Virus record (IMG/VR): IMGVR_UViG_2599185230_000001
Coordinates: 32,001 to 96,000 of that record
Strand: one strand, 5' to 3'
Length of the DNA: 64,000 nt
Origin: a virus
Lineage: Duplodnaviria > Caudoviricetes
Part shown: positions 47,547 through 57,600 of the stretch, one piece after another
How positions within the stretch are numbered: position 1 is the first letter of the stretch
Layout of the letters: each line of letters starts with the position of its first letter
Position numbers and translations under genes: made by a program
Notes under the pieces: model-generated
The model's input: the letters and a program-made list of their open reading frames with translations, nothing else
The model's database searches: none
What the model was told of the DNA's origin: nothing

Positions 47547-48800
47547 TTAAAATATGTCGGTCAGTTGGGTTTCCTTGATATAGCCCAGGTTAAAATCACA
47601 ACGGAGTTCAACCACAAGGCCCACACTTGGTTCCCTTGCTTTCTCTATAGCCAGCCGTCCCACGCCTTCAGCCTGATCGAACGTAAGGGCCGTAGCGGCG
47701 TCCTGTATTACGGCTATGGTTTCGCTGTAGTCCGTCAGCTTCGGTGGCTTTACAATTCGAGTGCCGTCTTCATCTTTGTTCTTTTCCTTTTCTGCGGCTC
47801 CAGGGGTTTGGTGTACCACCAGGCCCGCCACGTTATAACGGCCAAAGATTTGGCGGAGGCGGCGGCTTGTGTAAGTCATACCGTCCCGCATTTTTCCCCT
47901 GCCGTGTGCCATAAGGTTAAAGCCGTCTATTATCACCAGTTTTGTTTCCTTATGGGTCTGCAGGTCGCTTTCAACTGCTTCCAGAGTTAGCCCGTTCGGT
48001 AGGTCTTCCATTGTTTTAATAATGTAGCGTGCTTCGTGTTCGCCGTTAAATTGGCTTAAAAAGTCCATGTACTGGCGTTCGTTGTCCAGGTTGCCCCGCC
48101 TTAACTTCACATTGTCAAAATGGCCCGCCAAGGTGTCTAGGCGTAAAGCTTGCTGTCGTTTCGACAACTCTGGGCTGTAGTGCAAAACGTCGAAGCCATT
48201 ATTCCAAGCTGCCAGGCCGATGTGTGAAGCCAACCAGCTTTTACCTCTGTTCGTAAAGGCCATCAACAGCACGTAGTCCGAAAGTTCTAGACCGCCTCCC
48301 AGGGCGTCAGTCAAACTAGGATAAGGAGTCGGTATAAATTGCCGTGTCCTGTTTTGTTGGGCCTCTTTGTACCAGTCAGCCCGTTCCAGACCGTTAGCAG
48401 CGTAATCAGTGCCGTCCTGATCGCCCAAGGCCGCTGCCTGTTCAATCTTTTGGGCTTCTTCTCGCAACCATTCCACGAATTTGTCCCCCGGTAATTCTGA
48501 AAACTTCTTTGTGGCATGGTGCTGTAACAGTTCAAAGGCTTGCCGCTTGGCATACTGGGCTTTGATTTTGTGGCAAAGGTATTTAAAGTCGTCGGCTACT
48601 TCGGGTATATATTCAAAGTTCTCAAATTCGGCCACTACGGTTCTGTAGTCGGGCGTTATATGGTGTTCTCGCACGTAGTCCCGAATAAAGCCATATACAG
48701 GCCCCAGGGTGGGGAATTCATTTGCCGTTACGTTGTAGCGGCGTAATATGTTGAGGTCTTTTTCGTCCAGCACCTTACTTAAAAGCTGGGCTTCTATCAT
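47547..48800 (-). CDS. DnaB-family replicative helicase
   Basis: AFTNRGKS, YSPE, IIDG, HQ, EKAR. Confidence 0.9.
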   Translation of the reverse strand: MIEAQLLSKVLDEKDLNILRRYNVTANEFPTLGPVYGFIRDYVREHHITPDYRTVVAEFENFEYIPEVADDFKYLCHKIKAQYAKRQAFELLQHHATKKFSELPGDKFVEWLREEAQKIEQAAALGDQDGTDYAANGLERADWYKEAQQNRTRQFIPTPYPSLTDALGGGLELSDYVLLMAFTNRGKSWLASHIGLAAWNNGFDVLHYSPELSKRQQALRLDTLAGHFDNVKLRRGNLDNERQYMDFLSQFNGEHEARYIIKTMEDLPNGLTLEAVESDLQTHKETKLVIIDGFNLMAHGRGKMRDGMTYTSRRLRQIFGRYNVAGLVVHQTPGAAEKEKNKDEDGTRIVKPPKLTDYSETIAVIQDAATALTFDQAEGVGRLAIEKAREPSVGLVVELRCDFNLGYIKETQLTDIF

Positions 48801-49576
48801 TCAGTCCACCCCGCTTTCCGGTAGTCCTTACCGAAGAATTTTACGGGAACGGTAAAGCCCTCAATGCGGGAGGCCGTGCGTTCGTCATATATATTTGCAA
48901 TGGTGGCCAGGGGTTCGTTACTGGTCAGAATTGTGGCCCGTGCTTCTACAGCCCGTTCGTCAATAACCTCGTAAAACTCCCCGTTAAAAGCCGCCGTGCT
49001 TTCCCTAATTCCGGCGTCGTCCAGTACCAATAATTCAGCTTCCATCATTAATTCTTTCAGTTTGTAATACTTGAGGCTGGCTTCTTCATGTAGATCCCTG
49101 GGGCCACGGAATTGCTTATTAAACACATTCTGAAAACGAGGGACACTTATGAAAAGGGCAGGTACTTTTTTGATGAGCTTTTCCCTTTTGACATGTTGTA
49201 TTACGCGGGCCACCAGGAATTCATTTACCACAGCCACCGCTGCCGTTGTCTTTCCGGTTCCGCTGCCTTTTGGGTTATCTTTATTAGGTACTGAATACAG
49301 GTAAAGGCCCATATGCTGTTCCTGTACGAAATCCAGAACGTGTTTGCAATAACGGCATATAACTTCCCAGGCCGCTGGATTAGCTTTTCTGAATGGGAGT
49401 TGGTCAGCTATAATAAAACGGTACGTTTTCGGTATGTCCGCCAGCCCCCATAGCCCACCCGTGCCTGTTTCGCCCTGTAGTTTGGTGTAAGGAAAGCAAA
49501 GGCGGTTGCACTGTCCAGGTTCGCCCGCCTTTTTACATCGCTGGGCCAGCAAACATTTGTCATTTATTACGTCCAT
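48797..49576 (-). CDS. DnaC-like helicase loader
   Basis: GSGTGKT, LLVLDD, TSN. Confidence 0.85.
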   Translation of the reverse strand: MDVINDKCLLAQRCKKAGEPGQCNRLCFPYTKLQGETGTGGLWGLADIPKTYRFIIADQLPFRKANPAAWEVICRYCKHVLDFVQEQHMGLYLYSVPNKDNPKGSGTGKTTAAVAVVNEFLVARVIQHVKREKLIKKVPALFISVPRFQNVFNKQFRGPRDLHEEASLKYYKLKELMMEAELLVLDDAGIRESTAAFNGEFYEVIDERAVEARATILTSNEPLATIANIYDERTASRIEGFTVPVKFFGKDYRKAGWTE

Positions 49577-49578
49577 CC

Positions 49579-50391
49579 TTACACCTTCTTTCTGTTAAGG
49601 CGTGCCATGATTGCTTCAACGTCTTGGGGTTGTTCCTGTTCTGCCGCTTCCAGGCGTGCCTCCCGTTCTTTTACCTGTTCAACCAAAGCCATAGCTTCGT
49701 TACCCAGCCAGGATGCAATTTGGCCCAGGGTGGGCCGTGGGTATTTGCTATTTTTCCAGCGTTCTTCATATTCGCTAAGAACAACGTCAATAATGTCTTT
49801 TAATTGATCCGGGGTAAATATCCTTAAAAGCTTTTTGCCGTTCGCCCCGTCGCGGCCCCAGTTAATTGAATAATTGACATTGTAGGTTTCACGGTATTTA
49901 TGGGCAAAGTATGTGGCTACAGCCCTTCCGTCTTTTAGTAGTTCTTTATCATTACTTACCGTAGTATTAGATATAAGCTGTATATTGTTAGTGTTAGTTT
50001 CTTGCGACGTTTTACCGTTTAGATAGTTATATGGCTGTAACATTCCAGGGTTAGAAGTGTCATTATTAACTTGACCGTTGAATATTGCTATTAGGGCGTT
50101 GGGTAATATGGAATAAACATTGTTATTATTAAAACCGTTGCCGTGTTTTTCTACGGTTATAATGGGCTTACCGTTAAAGGTGAAGTCTTTTAATAATGCT
50201 ATTAGCCGTATTACCGTATAACGGCTTACCCCCATATCCTGGGCCAGTTGTTCCTGGGTAGGGTAGCATTTACCGCTTTCGTCCATATATGAGGCCAGAA
50301 CGGTTAGTAATAGCCAGCGTTCCTTCCCCAGTGCCCGCACGAGGCCGCTTCTAAACGCTTGGGTATAGACACGGAAATAAACTTCACTCAT
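49579..50391 (-). CDS. Replication initiator (N-terminal HTH)
   Basis: CYPTQEQLAQDMGVSRYTV; N/T-rich linker. Confidence 0.8.
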   Translation of the reverse strand: MSEVYFRVYTQAFRSGLVRALGKERWLLLTVLASYMDESGKCYPTQEQLAQDMGVSRYTVIRLIALLKDFTFNGKPIITVEKHGNGFNNNNVYSILPNALIAIFNGQVNNDTSNPGMLQPYNYLNGKTSQETNTNNIQLISNTTVSNDKELLKDGRAVATYFAHKYRETYNVNYSINWGRDGANGKKLLRIFTPDQLKDIIDVVLSEYEERWKNSKYPRPTLGQIASWLGNEAMALVEQVKEREARLEAAEQEQPQDVEAIMARLNRKKV

Positions 50392-50624
50392 TCACCCCCG
50401 CCCCTTCCCCTGGGTTTTACGCCAAAGCCCCAGGTTTTGTTAGCCGTCCTTACCCAGAAGTCATTGTCACACATGGTACATTCGGGGCATGATTTCGTCC
50501 CGTAAATATTCCTTTTAAATACCCGCCACTCGCCGCAATAGGGGCACCACATCGCGTTTTTGCGATGTCTTCTTTCGTAGTCCGGTTTCTTAAAAGGTGC
50601 CGTTGTAAATTTTTTGTGTGTCAT
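50388..50624 (-). CDS. Zn-ribbon small protein
   Basis: WCPYC...CPEC. Confidence 0.7.
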   Translation of the reverse strand: MTHKKFTTAPFKKPDYERRHRKNAMWCPYCGEWRVFKRNIYGTKSCPECTMCDNDFWVRTANKTWGFGVKPRGRGGGE

Positions 50625-50643
50625 GTTTTTAACCCCTTTCGTA

Positions 50644-50676
50644 ATGCTTCTACCGGGAAAGGCTTAAAACGTGACG
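50644..50676 (-). promoter_or_regulatory. Phage promoter-like motif, copy 4 (variant), at the head of the replication operon
   Basis: CGTCACG-N13-CCGGTAGAAGCAT, after the terminator at 50694-50726. Confidence 0.65.
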
Positions 50677-50739
50677 GAGTAAATTATGGTAACAAAAAAA
50701 ATCCCGCCAGCCCAAAGGCCAGCGGGTAGAGTGTAAATT

Positions 50740-51302
50740 CTATTGTTCAACTTTATTAATCCAAGTAATAACAACTTGATAAGCAGCGTCTTCCGGGTTG
50801 TCTTGATACCCAAAAGTGATCTCATCACCTTCTTTTAGTTGATCAGGGTTGGCGTCCAGTTCGGCTTTCAGTTTATCCGACAGGGCATAGGTGGAAGGAT
50901 ATTTGTTAACTTGAATTTCCACGGTGTTATCATCTGCACGGCCCATGTAGACACCCTGCCCCTGGTGCGTATCTTCATCAGTTGTCCCACTGGGTGGGAC
51001 CGGTGTGTCTTCGGGTGGGGTCGGCTGTTTAGGTTGTTGCTGTTCCGGTACTGGTTGCCGTTCCTGCTGAGTTGTTGAGGTTCCGGTGTAGCTTGCTGTT
51101 TTTCCGTCTTGGGTGCTTCTTGTTTTTGCTCTTGCTGCTGTAGTTGTTCCGCTTTCGGCTTTGACACTTCTTCCTGCGTCACCTTTGGCTTTTCGGTTTG
51201 AACCTGTTTCGCCGGTGCATTAAAATGGGTATGAGCCACGGCAAAAAGCAGGGCTATCGCCAAAGCAACAACTACCAGTAAAATGCCGTTCTTCTCTTGC
51301 AA
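50740..51302 (-). pseudogene. Membrane-anchored LytA-like protein split by a frameshift near 51075
   Basis: Signal anchor and Q/P linker continue in the other frame into GVYMGRADDNTVEI...GDEITFGY. Confidence 0.65.
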
Positions 51303-51328
51303 TTAATCTCCCCCTAAAGTGTCATTTT

Positions 51329-52009
51329 TTAGTTTTTTATTTGGGCAAAGTGCTGGGTGAACATTTTACCGTATGGGCCGCCGTCCACAATGCCTATCCC
51401 GATATGAGTAAAGTTAGGGTTTAATATATTGGCCCTATGACCTTGTGAATTCATAAGGGAGGTGTGTGCCCTATCTACACTTGCTGCCCCCGCCAAGTTT
51501 TCGCCAGCACGAGAATAGCTCACGCCCTGGGCGTGTATTAAATCCCACGGAGTTGTTCCTTTTGGTGAAGTATGTGCAAAATAATTACTATTAACGAGAT
51601 CAGAGGATTTTACACGGGCTGATTTAACGAGCCTCATGTCAACAGTTAGCTGTTTTAGACCAGCTTCGGCCCGTTCCTGATTGACCAGGCTTACCATTTG
51701 CTGCTCGTCAGCAGTCAACCCGCTTGCCGGTGCTGGTTGAGGTTTGGGCTTTGGTTGGGGCTTCGGCTGAGGTGCGGGTTGCGGTTGTTTCGATGCAGGG
51801 GTTTCTTCGTTGTTCTTATAGATTACGCGGAAGCCGCGTTCTTTAAGATACTGGTAAACAGTGAAATTAGTAGTGTAAAAAGCTACTTTATAAGCGTAAT
51901 ACTTTTGAACAGATTCGCCTGTGGCAGCTTCGGCTTTGGTCATATACATAAAAAGTCCAGCTAACAAAACGGCTAGAGCCAGTATTACCGCCATTGTTTT
52001 CTTATTCAT
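51329..52009 (-). CDS. Secreted CAP/SCP-domain protein (YkwD-like)
   Basis: LVNQER, YFAHTSP, AGENLA, MNSQGHRANIL. Confidence 0.92.
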   Translation of the reverse strand: MNKKTMAVILALAVLLAGLFMYMTKAEAATGESVQKYYAYKVAFYTTNFTVYQYLKERGFRVIYKNNEETPASKQPQPAPQPKPQPKPKPQPAPASGLTADEQQMVSLVNQERAEAGLKQLTVDMRLVKSARVKSSDLVNSNYFAHTSPKGTTPWDLIHAQGVSYSRAGENLAGAASVDRAHTSLMNSQGHRANILNPNFTHIGIGIVDGGPYGKMFTQHFAQIKN

Positions 52010-52085
52010 TAAAGGTCTTCCCCTTTCGCAAGTAAAAATTAGCCCGCCAGCGTTGGGCCAGCGGGCTTGTTATAACAGGTAATTA

Positions 52086-52319
52086 TTAAAGAGTCGTTTT
52101 GTGGAGCATCTTGGTAACGTCAAACATACCGTTGGCAGACAGAGCAATGATAACGCCATTCATAATGCCTTCCTGAATGTTCGCGGCGGGAAGGTAGACA
52201 ATACCAGCAACAATACCGAGTACCAGAGTTACAAGCGGGGCATATTTACCGGGAATGTAACCTTTGACAAATTGGGTCAGTGCCATGATAACTGCTACAA
52301 CAAAAGCGGCTTCGTACAT
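52086..52319 (-). CDS. Holin (three TM helices)
   Basis: ATG after GGGGGTG; GVIIALSANGMFD. Confidence 0.8.
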   Translation of the reverse strand: MYEAAFVVAVIMALTQFVKGYIPGKYAPLVTLVLGIVAGIVYLPAANIQEGIMNGVIIALSANGMFDVTKMLHKTTL

Positions 52320-52348
52320 TGTTTCACCCCCTTTCAACGAGCTTCGAA

Positions 52349-52381
52349 AGCTATCTACCGTAAAAGTTCCGGCTTGTGACA
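52349..52381 (-). promoter_or_regulatory. Phage promoter-like motif, copy 5
   Basis: TGTCACA-N13-ACGGTAGATAGCT. Confidence 0.72.
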
Positions 52382-52394
52382 CTAACTTTTTAAA

Positions 52395-53171
52395 TTATTT
52401 CAGGACTTCCAGCCTGTCCAGCAGAACGAGCAGGCGGTAAAAGGTAACGTCCCCCTGGGGTTCCGTGATATATCCCTTTTGATAAGCCTTTAAAACGGCA
52501 CCTCGTGCCCAGTCGGGCACGCCAACCAGCGGATCGGTGGCTGGGATCTGGGTAGAGGTCATGGGCATTAATACATTTAACCTAGTACCGACAGCTACAA
52601 TATCGGGATTTGAGACTTTGTTAAGTTTGATAAAGTCAGCCAGCCCAATATTAAAACGGCTTGCAATTTGGCCCAGGGTGTCCCCAGGCTTAACGGTGTA
52701 AATGCCTGCCACCGTGTCTATAAATTCGTCCCAGCGGGGTAGAATTTTTTCCGGGCAATACTTCCCGCTCCAGCGTCTGTGCGGTACGACGTTTTCCAGT
52801 GGAATGTTATACTGTTCCATCAGTTGGCGAATTAAAAAAACGGCGTTGGAAATAGCTTTTTCCAGGTCGCCGTCTTTGTTTTGGCAGATTTCTATTCCTA
52901 TGGAAGTAGTGTTACCGGGGCCGTCTTTGCCGTCGCCAGCATGGTAGACCACTTCGTTAGCCGGTATGTGTTGAATTATTTCTTTGTCGTCTATAGTAAA
53001 ATGCCAGCCCGTCGAGCCGCTGTTTCCACCTTGTAAATACCTGGAATGTCCTGCGGCGTTGGCCCCTGGATTGCTGTTTCCGGTGTTGTGGATGGTAATG
53101 TATTTCGGTTCCATTGGGCAGCCCGTGCGGGCTTTAAGTCCTTCGGGCAAAATTTCCTTCTTTATAATCAT
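52395..53171 (-). CDS. Endolysin: Amidase_2 + LysM
   Basis: ITIHNT, WHF, HAGDG, SIGIEIC, VPH..CP; YTVKPGDTL. Confidence 0.93.
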   Translation of the reverse strand: MIIKKEILPEGLKARTGCPMEPKYITIHNTGNSNPGANAAGHSRYLQGGNSGSTGWHFTIDDKEIIQHIPANEVVYHAGDGKDGPGNTTSIGIEICQNKDGDLEKAISNAVFLIRQLMEQYNIPLENVVPHRRWSGKYCPEKILPRWDEFIDTVAGIYTVKPGDTLGQIASRFNIGLADFIKLNKVSNPDIVAVGTRLNVLMPMTSTQIPATDPLVGVPDWARGAVLKAYQKGYITEPQGDVTFYRLLVLLDRLEVLK

Positions 53172-53173
53172 TG

Positions 53174-53428
53174 CTATGGGTTGCCCCCTTTTTTACTGCT
53201 GATTGATACCTTTATGTCGTTTACGTCGTCGGCAATTTTCCGGTATTGTTCGGTCAGTAATTCAAACTGCTTGGTAATGTCGTGGATAAATGCAGTAAGC
53301 TTGTCTTCCCGTTGTTTGGCTTCATCCTGCAGTCGGCGGCTTTCTCTCAGCTGGTAATAGTAAAGAGACACGAACAGAACAGCCCAAAGCCCTTCTTTAA
53401 AGGCGTAGTTGAAAATGGTTTCTTCTAC
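53174..53428 (-). CDS. BhlA/UviB-like holin; full length needs a GTA start
   Basis: (V)EETIFNYAFKEGLWAVLFVSLYYYQLRE...REDKL; RBS GGGGTGG. Confidence 0.75.
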   Translation of the reverse strand, partial: VEETIFNYAFKEGLWAVLFVSLYYYQLRESRRLQDEAKQREDKLTAFIHDITKQFELLTEQYRKIADDVNDIKVSISSKKGGNP

Positions 53429-53483
53429 TCAAGCCACCCCCTTTCCCAGTAAAGAAGGAAGGCCAAGCCCGAAGGCTAGGCTA

Positions 53484-54230
53484 CTAACGTGCAAAAATAT
53501 GGTTGCCTATTTGGGTTGTTATTTCCCTTGTCCATACCCAGTTGTAAGCTCCCACCAGGGAGGGGTTCCAGAAATACAAGGCCCCGTAAGTCGGGTCGTA
53601 GCCGCTCACGGCGTCCTGGGCAGCCTGCCTTGCGGTATCATTCGGGGTATTGTAAAAACTACCGTCATAAACAGGGGAGAAAGCCCACGGTTGGTAAAGC
53701 ACATCGGCAATGGTGTTGGGAAAGCGGCTGTCTTTAACGCGGTTTAAAATAACAGCCCCGACACCAACTTGTCCTTTATACGGTTCGCCTTTTGATTCGG
53801 CGTAGATCATACGGGCAAATAGATCCATTTCTTTAGGGGTGAATTCCGAGGCGGGTACTAATACAGGGGCAGGAATATATAGAATTTGGCCCACGTATAA
53901 GTAGTCGCTATTCAACCCGTTAGCTAGTTTAATAGCCTGAATGGGTATGCCCCCATAGTTCCGTGAGATTTTCCAAAGGCTGTCCCCTGCACGTACTCTG
54001 TAAGTGTCCGGTATCAATAGTTTTTGACCAGAGTAAATGATATTGCCTCCAGCCATACCGTTTACGGTTTGTAATGTATTAACAGGCACGCCGTTGACAT
54101 TGCTTATTCTCCAGAGGGTGTCCCCTGGTTTGACTTGGTGCAGGGTCGAGGCATCGGCGTTGACCACAAAAATAAAAGCCGCCATTATAACGGCAGCTAG
54201 CACCAGAACACGAATCCAGGTTTTAAACAC
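53484..54230 (-). CDS. Secreted SleB-like cell-wall hydrolase with two LysM domains
   Basis: ARMIYAESKGEPYKGQVGVGAVILNRV...FPNTI...IGNHIF. Confidence 0.92.
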   Translation of the reverse strand: MFKTWIRVLVLAAVIMAAFIFVVNADASTLHQVKPGDTLWRISNVNGVPVNTLQTVNGMAGGNIIYSGQKLLIPDTYRVRAGDSLWKISRNYGGIPIQAIKLANGLNSDYLYVGQILYIPAPVLVPASEFTPKEMDLFARMIYAESKGEPYKGQVGVGAVILNRVKDSRFPNTIADVLYQPWAFSPVYDGSFYNTPNDTARQAAQDAVSGYDPTYGALYFWNPSLVGAYNWVWTREITTQIGNHIFAR

Positions 54231-54248
54231 TAAATTTTGCTCCTTTCA

Positions 54249-54605
54249 TTAAGTATTAGGCCCCCCTTCCAACTTGGCCAGCTTGTCTTCCAGGGCTTGC
54301 AAGCGGTCTTCAAGGGCCTTCATGCGGTTAGCCTCTTTTTGGGCTTTGGGGATTTTCCGGGGTTTTTCGTCGTTTTTCATCCATTCGGGCTTCATAGCGT
54401 CGCCCTTTTTTATCTTGTCGGCCACGTAGCGGTCGTCAATAACAACAAAAGGATGTTTAATGTCCCTGATTTCCCCGAATTTGTGACGCACATTATTTCC
54501 ATCCACTTCCACTTCCCAAAGCCCATTTGTGGCCTGCAATACTTTTGGGCCGTCTTTATCATTTGAATAAATAATCAAATGGTATTGATTCCCCAGGTTA
54601 GGCAA
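54249..54605 (-). CDS. Hypothetical protein with C-terminal coiled coil
   Basis: RBS AGGAGG. Confidence 0.65.
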   Translation of the reverse strand: MPNLGNQYHLIIYSNDKDGPKVLQATNGLWEVEVDGNNVRHKFGEIRDIKHPFVVIDDRYVADKIKKGDAMKPEWMKNDEKPRKIPKAQKEANRMKALEDRLQALEDKLAKLEGGPNT

Positions 54606-54622
54606 TTATAATTACCTCCTAT

Positions 54623-57600
54623 TTAAAGTCCAAGGACTGCCTTATATGTAAGGTATTCCTTGTATTTGGCATAATGGTCGCCGTTCGGTGAATATAACGC
54701 AAAGCCTTTAGCGTTGCCGTTAATAATCTGGGTCAGCGTCCAGGTCGGCACTTCCACCCACCTTTCTTCTCCCCAAGCTAGCCCAGGCATTATTCCTATT
54801 GGGAATATTAACTGGGGTTCTCCTTGGTAAGGTATGTCGGTGTAGTTGTGCATATATAAGTAAAGGGGTTCTTCTTTCGGGTAGCCCCCTTCGGCATACC
54901 TTGTTAGCCGTAGAAAGCATTTAAGCACACTTTTAGGGTTAATTTCGTACCAGTTCTCTTTAATAAAGTCTACTGGTAGAAAATACAATGATTTGTGGTT
55001 TCCTGAATTATCCCAGGCCCCCTGTATAGCCCCTTTATAGTCCCCGTTCCAATTTTCGTATTCATTCCATACGGCCAGTTTTGTGGAATAATGTCCCATA
55101 ATACAGGTGTTACTTTCAAATTTAGTGTTTTCGTTGCCAGCTTCAGCGGTAAATACGCCTGTAATTTGGCCCCCATTTATAGTTTCCGTGTTGGCTGTGT
55201 CGCCCTGGGGTGCAGTTCCTCCTCCGGCTATGATAGAAGGCCCGTCTGCCCGTAAGCCCGTCGGTGCTGTGCCCGTACAATCGGTTATGTTTACGGTGCT
55301 TCCTTCACCGGCTTCGACAGCCACGTCTGCAGCCCCGTAAAATGAACATCGGTCTAAACTAATGTAACTAGAAGCCGCCAAAAGGCCCCATTGACAAAGG
55401 CTATTTGTGTTTACGTCTATACGAAGGGCTTGCAGTCGGCTGTCTGTAACATATACCGTGGCCGCTTGACCGTTTAGTTCCCCGGCCAGGGGCACATCAT
55501 TTATGATGCCGTCTTCTAAAAAAACATCCATACCATTTGAATGAATGGCTATATTACCGTTTAATACACTGCCCTGTAATTCTATTGCTAATTGACCACT
55601 TCCGTAATAGCCCTGAATGGCTATAGTTTCGTAAAAGGTTTGGCCAGCGGCACACTGAATGGTCACTACTCCAAAGTTGAAGCGAGGCACTTTGTCGATG
55701 GCCTTTTGAATAGTCCGTAAAGGCTGCGAGGGATCAAGGCCCGTGTTGTCGTCCCGCCCGTTTACGGCGTCTATATAGTAAATGTCGTTGTCATAATTAA
55801 CCTGTATTGTGTTACTGGTTAGCTTGCCAACATAAAGTTCACGGAAACCGCCTACCCGTGCGTCCAGGTCGGCTATAACGTCTCCGCCTTCGTTATAAAC
55901 TTGCAAGCGGCCATACCCGTTCCCTGGGCCGCCTAGTACTAAAGTTCCGCCACGGGCACGGTCAAAGGACATAGTTCCCGCTGTTATTAGGTCAGCGGTA
56001 AAACCGTCGGCGGTGCCAAAGGTCGTCCAGTTCCACTCCCCCGTCACGAGGTCTTTACTGTTCGCTATGGCTAAAACGCCGCCTAAAAGCCGCATGGCCT
56101 TTGTCGGGCTGTAGTCGTTGTCTGTAATTAAAATTCCGTTATGATGCGACAGCTTAACGGTTCCCTGTCCCGCCCGAACTTCGGCCCGCAAAGTGTCAAT
56201 ATAGCCGTTAGGCGTCCCCACTTTGCTATCCCATACTCCTTCTTTGTCATTGATCTTCTTTTCCACCCGTTCCAGGCGGGCCAGGGTGTCCGACACTTTC
56301 GGCAAAAAATTGCCCAGCTTAACTTCGGCCTTTTCAGGCTCATCCAGGTGACGGGCCAGTTCAATGACACGGGCCTCCACCGATAGGGGCGGGTTGAATT
56401 CATTATCAATACATACAACATTGTCCCCCAGGCGGACTTTTTCGGAGGCGTAGCCCGTTACTTTTTCCAGGTCAACAACGTCCATAACGTATTCCATCAG
56501 GGGCGTTTTGTTTTGTTGCAGGGCTTCCCAGGTTTCCCGCAAAAGGGCTTCAGGATCGGTTTGTTCTTCGTTTTCGTAGATACCGAAACGGTGGCGTAAG
56601 GTGCCGTCATAGTTAATGCGGCCAAAGGTCGCCAGGGCGTCGGGGTCGCCTACCCACTCCTGGCCCATTGGTTTGTCCACGGGGTATCCGTCGGCTTTTT
56701 CCCATATCACGTCGGCAAAGTTAATACGGCGTCCATAGCCGTCCCCGCTTTCTTCGCCCTTGCCCCGGCCATAAAGGGCCGTTTTTACCACTGTGCTATC
56801 CGCTGTGCGTGTTACCTTCTTCATGTCCCTGGTGTACTGAAAGCGGCGGCCTGTATTGGTGCCCCTGCTTTGCAACAGGTCAACGTAGCGGCCCGTGATT
56901 TTACCGCCCGCCAGTTTCACCCGGTAACGCACTTCACAATTAAAAGTGTCAATAATTTTGTGGATACCGGAAAGGACACTTTCGTAATAAAAATTTAGCT
57001 GGGACACGGTGCCCATTTCGCTTACAATACCCACTTCCCAGCGGGTGCCCGAAAGCATGATCGCCAGAAGGTTGCGAGCCGTTTCGTTTTCGGGCCGCCT
57101 GTCTTCCACGATTTCATCCACCAGTTCCAGGGCGGCGTGTTCGCAAAAAACCCTCTTATATACTGTGCTTTCGTGTGTTTCCTCCACTTCTTTGACTACG
57201 AATAACTGGTAAAATTCTTCGTCCAGGTCTTTAATAGCCACGAGGCTTTCTGTAGCGACATATTGGGTGTCTTCGTGCTGTGCGGGCATATAAAATTCCA
57301 GGGTATTTTCGCCGTTTATTTGTTCCTTATGCACGGCGTCGTAATAAGGGCATGCCGTAGGGCTTCCGTTAGTTAGAACCGCCCGTATGATTTCGCTTTT
57401 ATCAAATATGAATAAATGGCGGTCAGGGTTTATAACGGTGTCCCGCTGTTCCAGGTTCCTTACGAATTCGTCCCAGCGAGGCAGCAAAAGTTTGGGACAG
57501 TCGGCCCCCTGGTCAAAGTAACGGTGGGGCACCACATTCTTTGTGGGTATGGAATAAAGGGCCTGTAAATACCGGATTAACCACAGGGCGTTTTGCTCGG

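Noticed and set aside
47082-47990. 302-aa plus-strand ORF and similar antisense ORFs (e.g. 61948-62715, 30843-31403, 58-357)
   Set aside because: Shadow or alternative frames of well-supported genes, with no RBS or motifs
54623-55100. Possible DGR variable region at the tail-spike C-terminus
   Set aside because: No reverse transcriptase and no template repeat seen in the window
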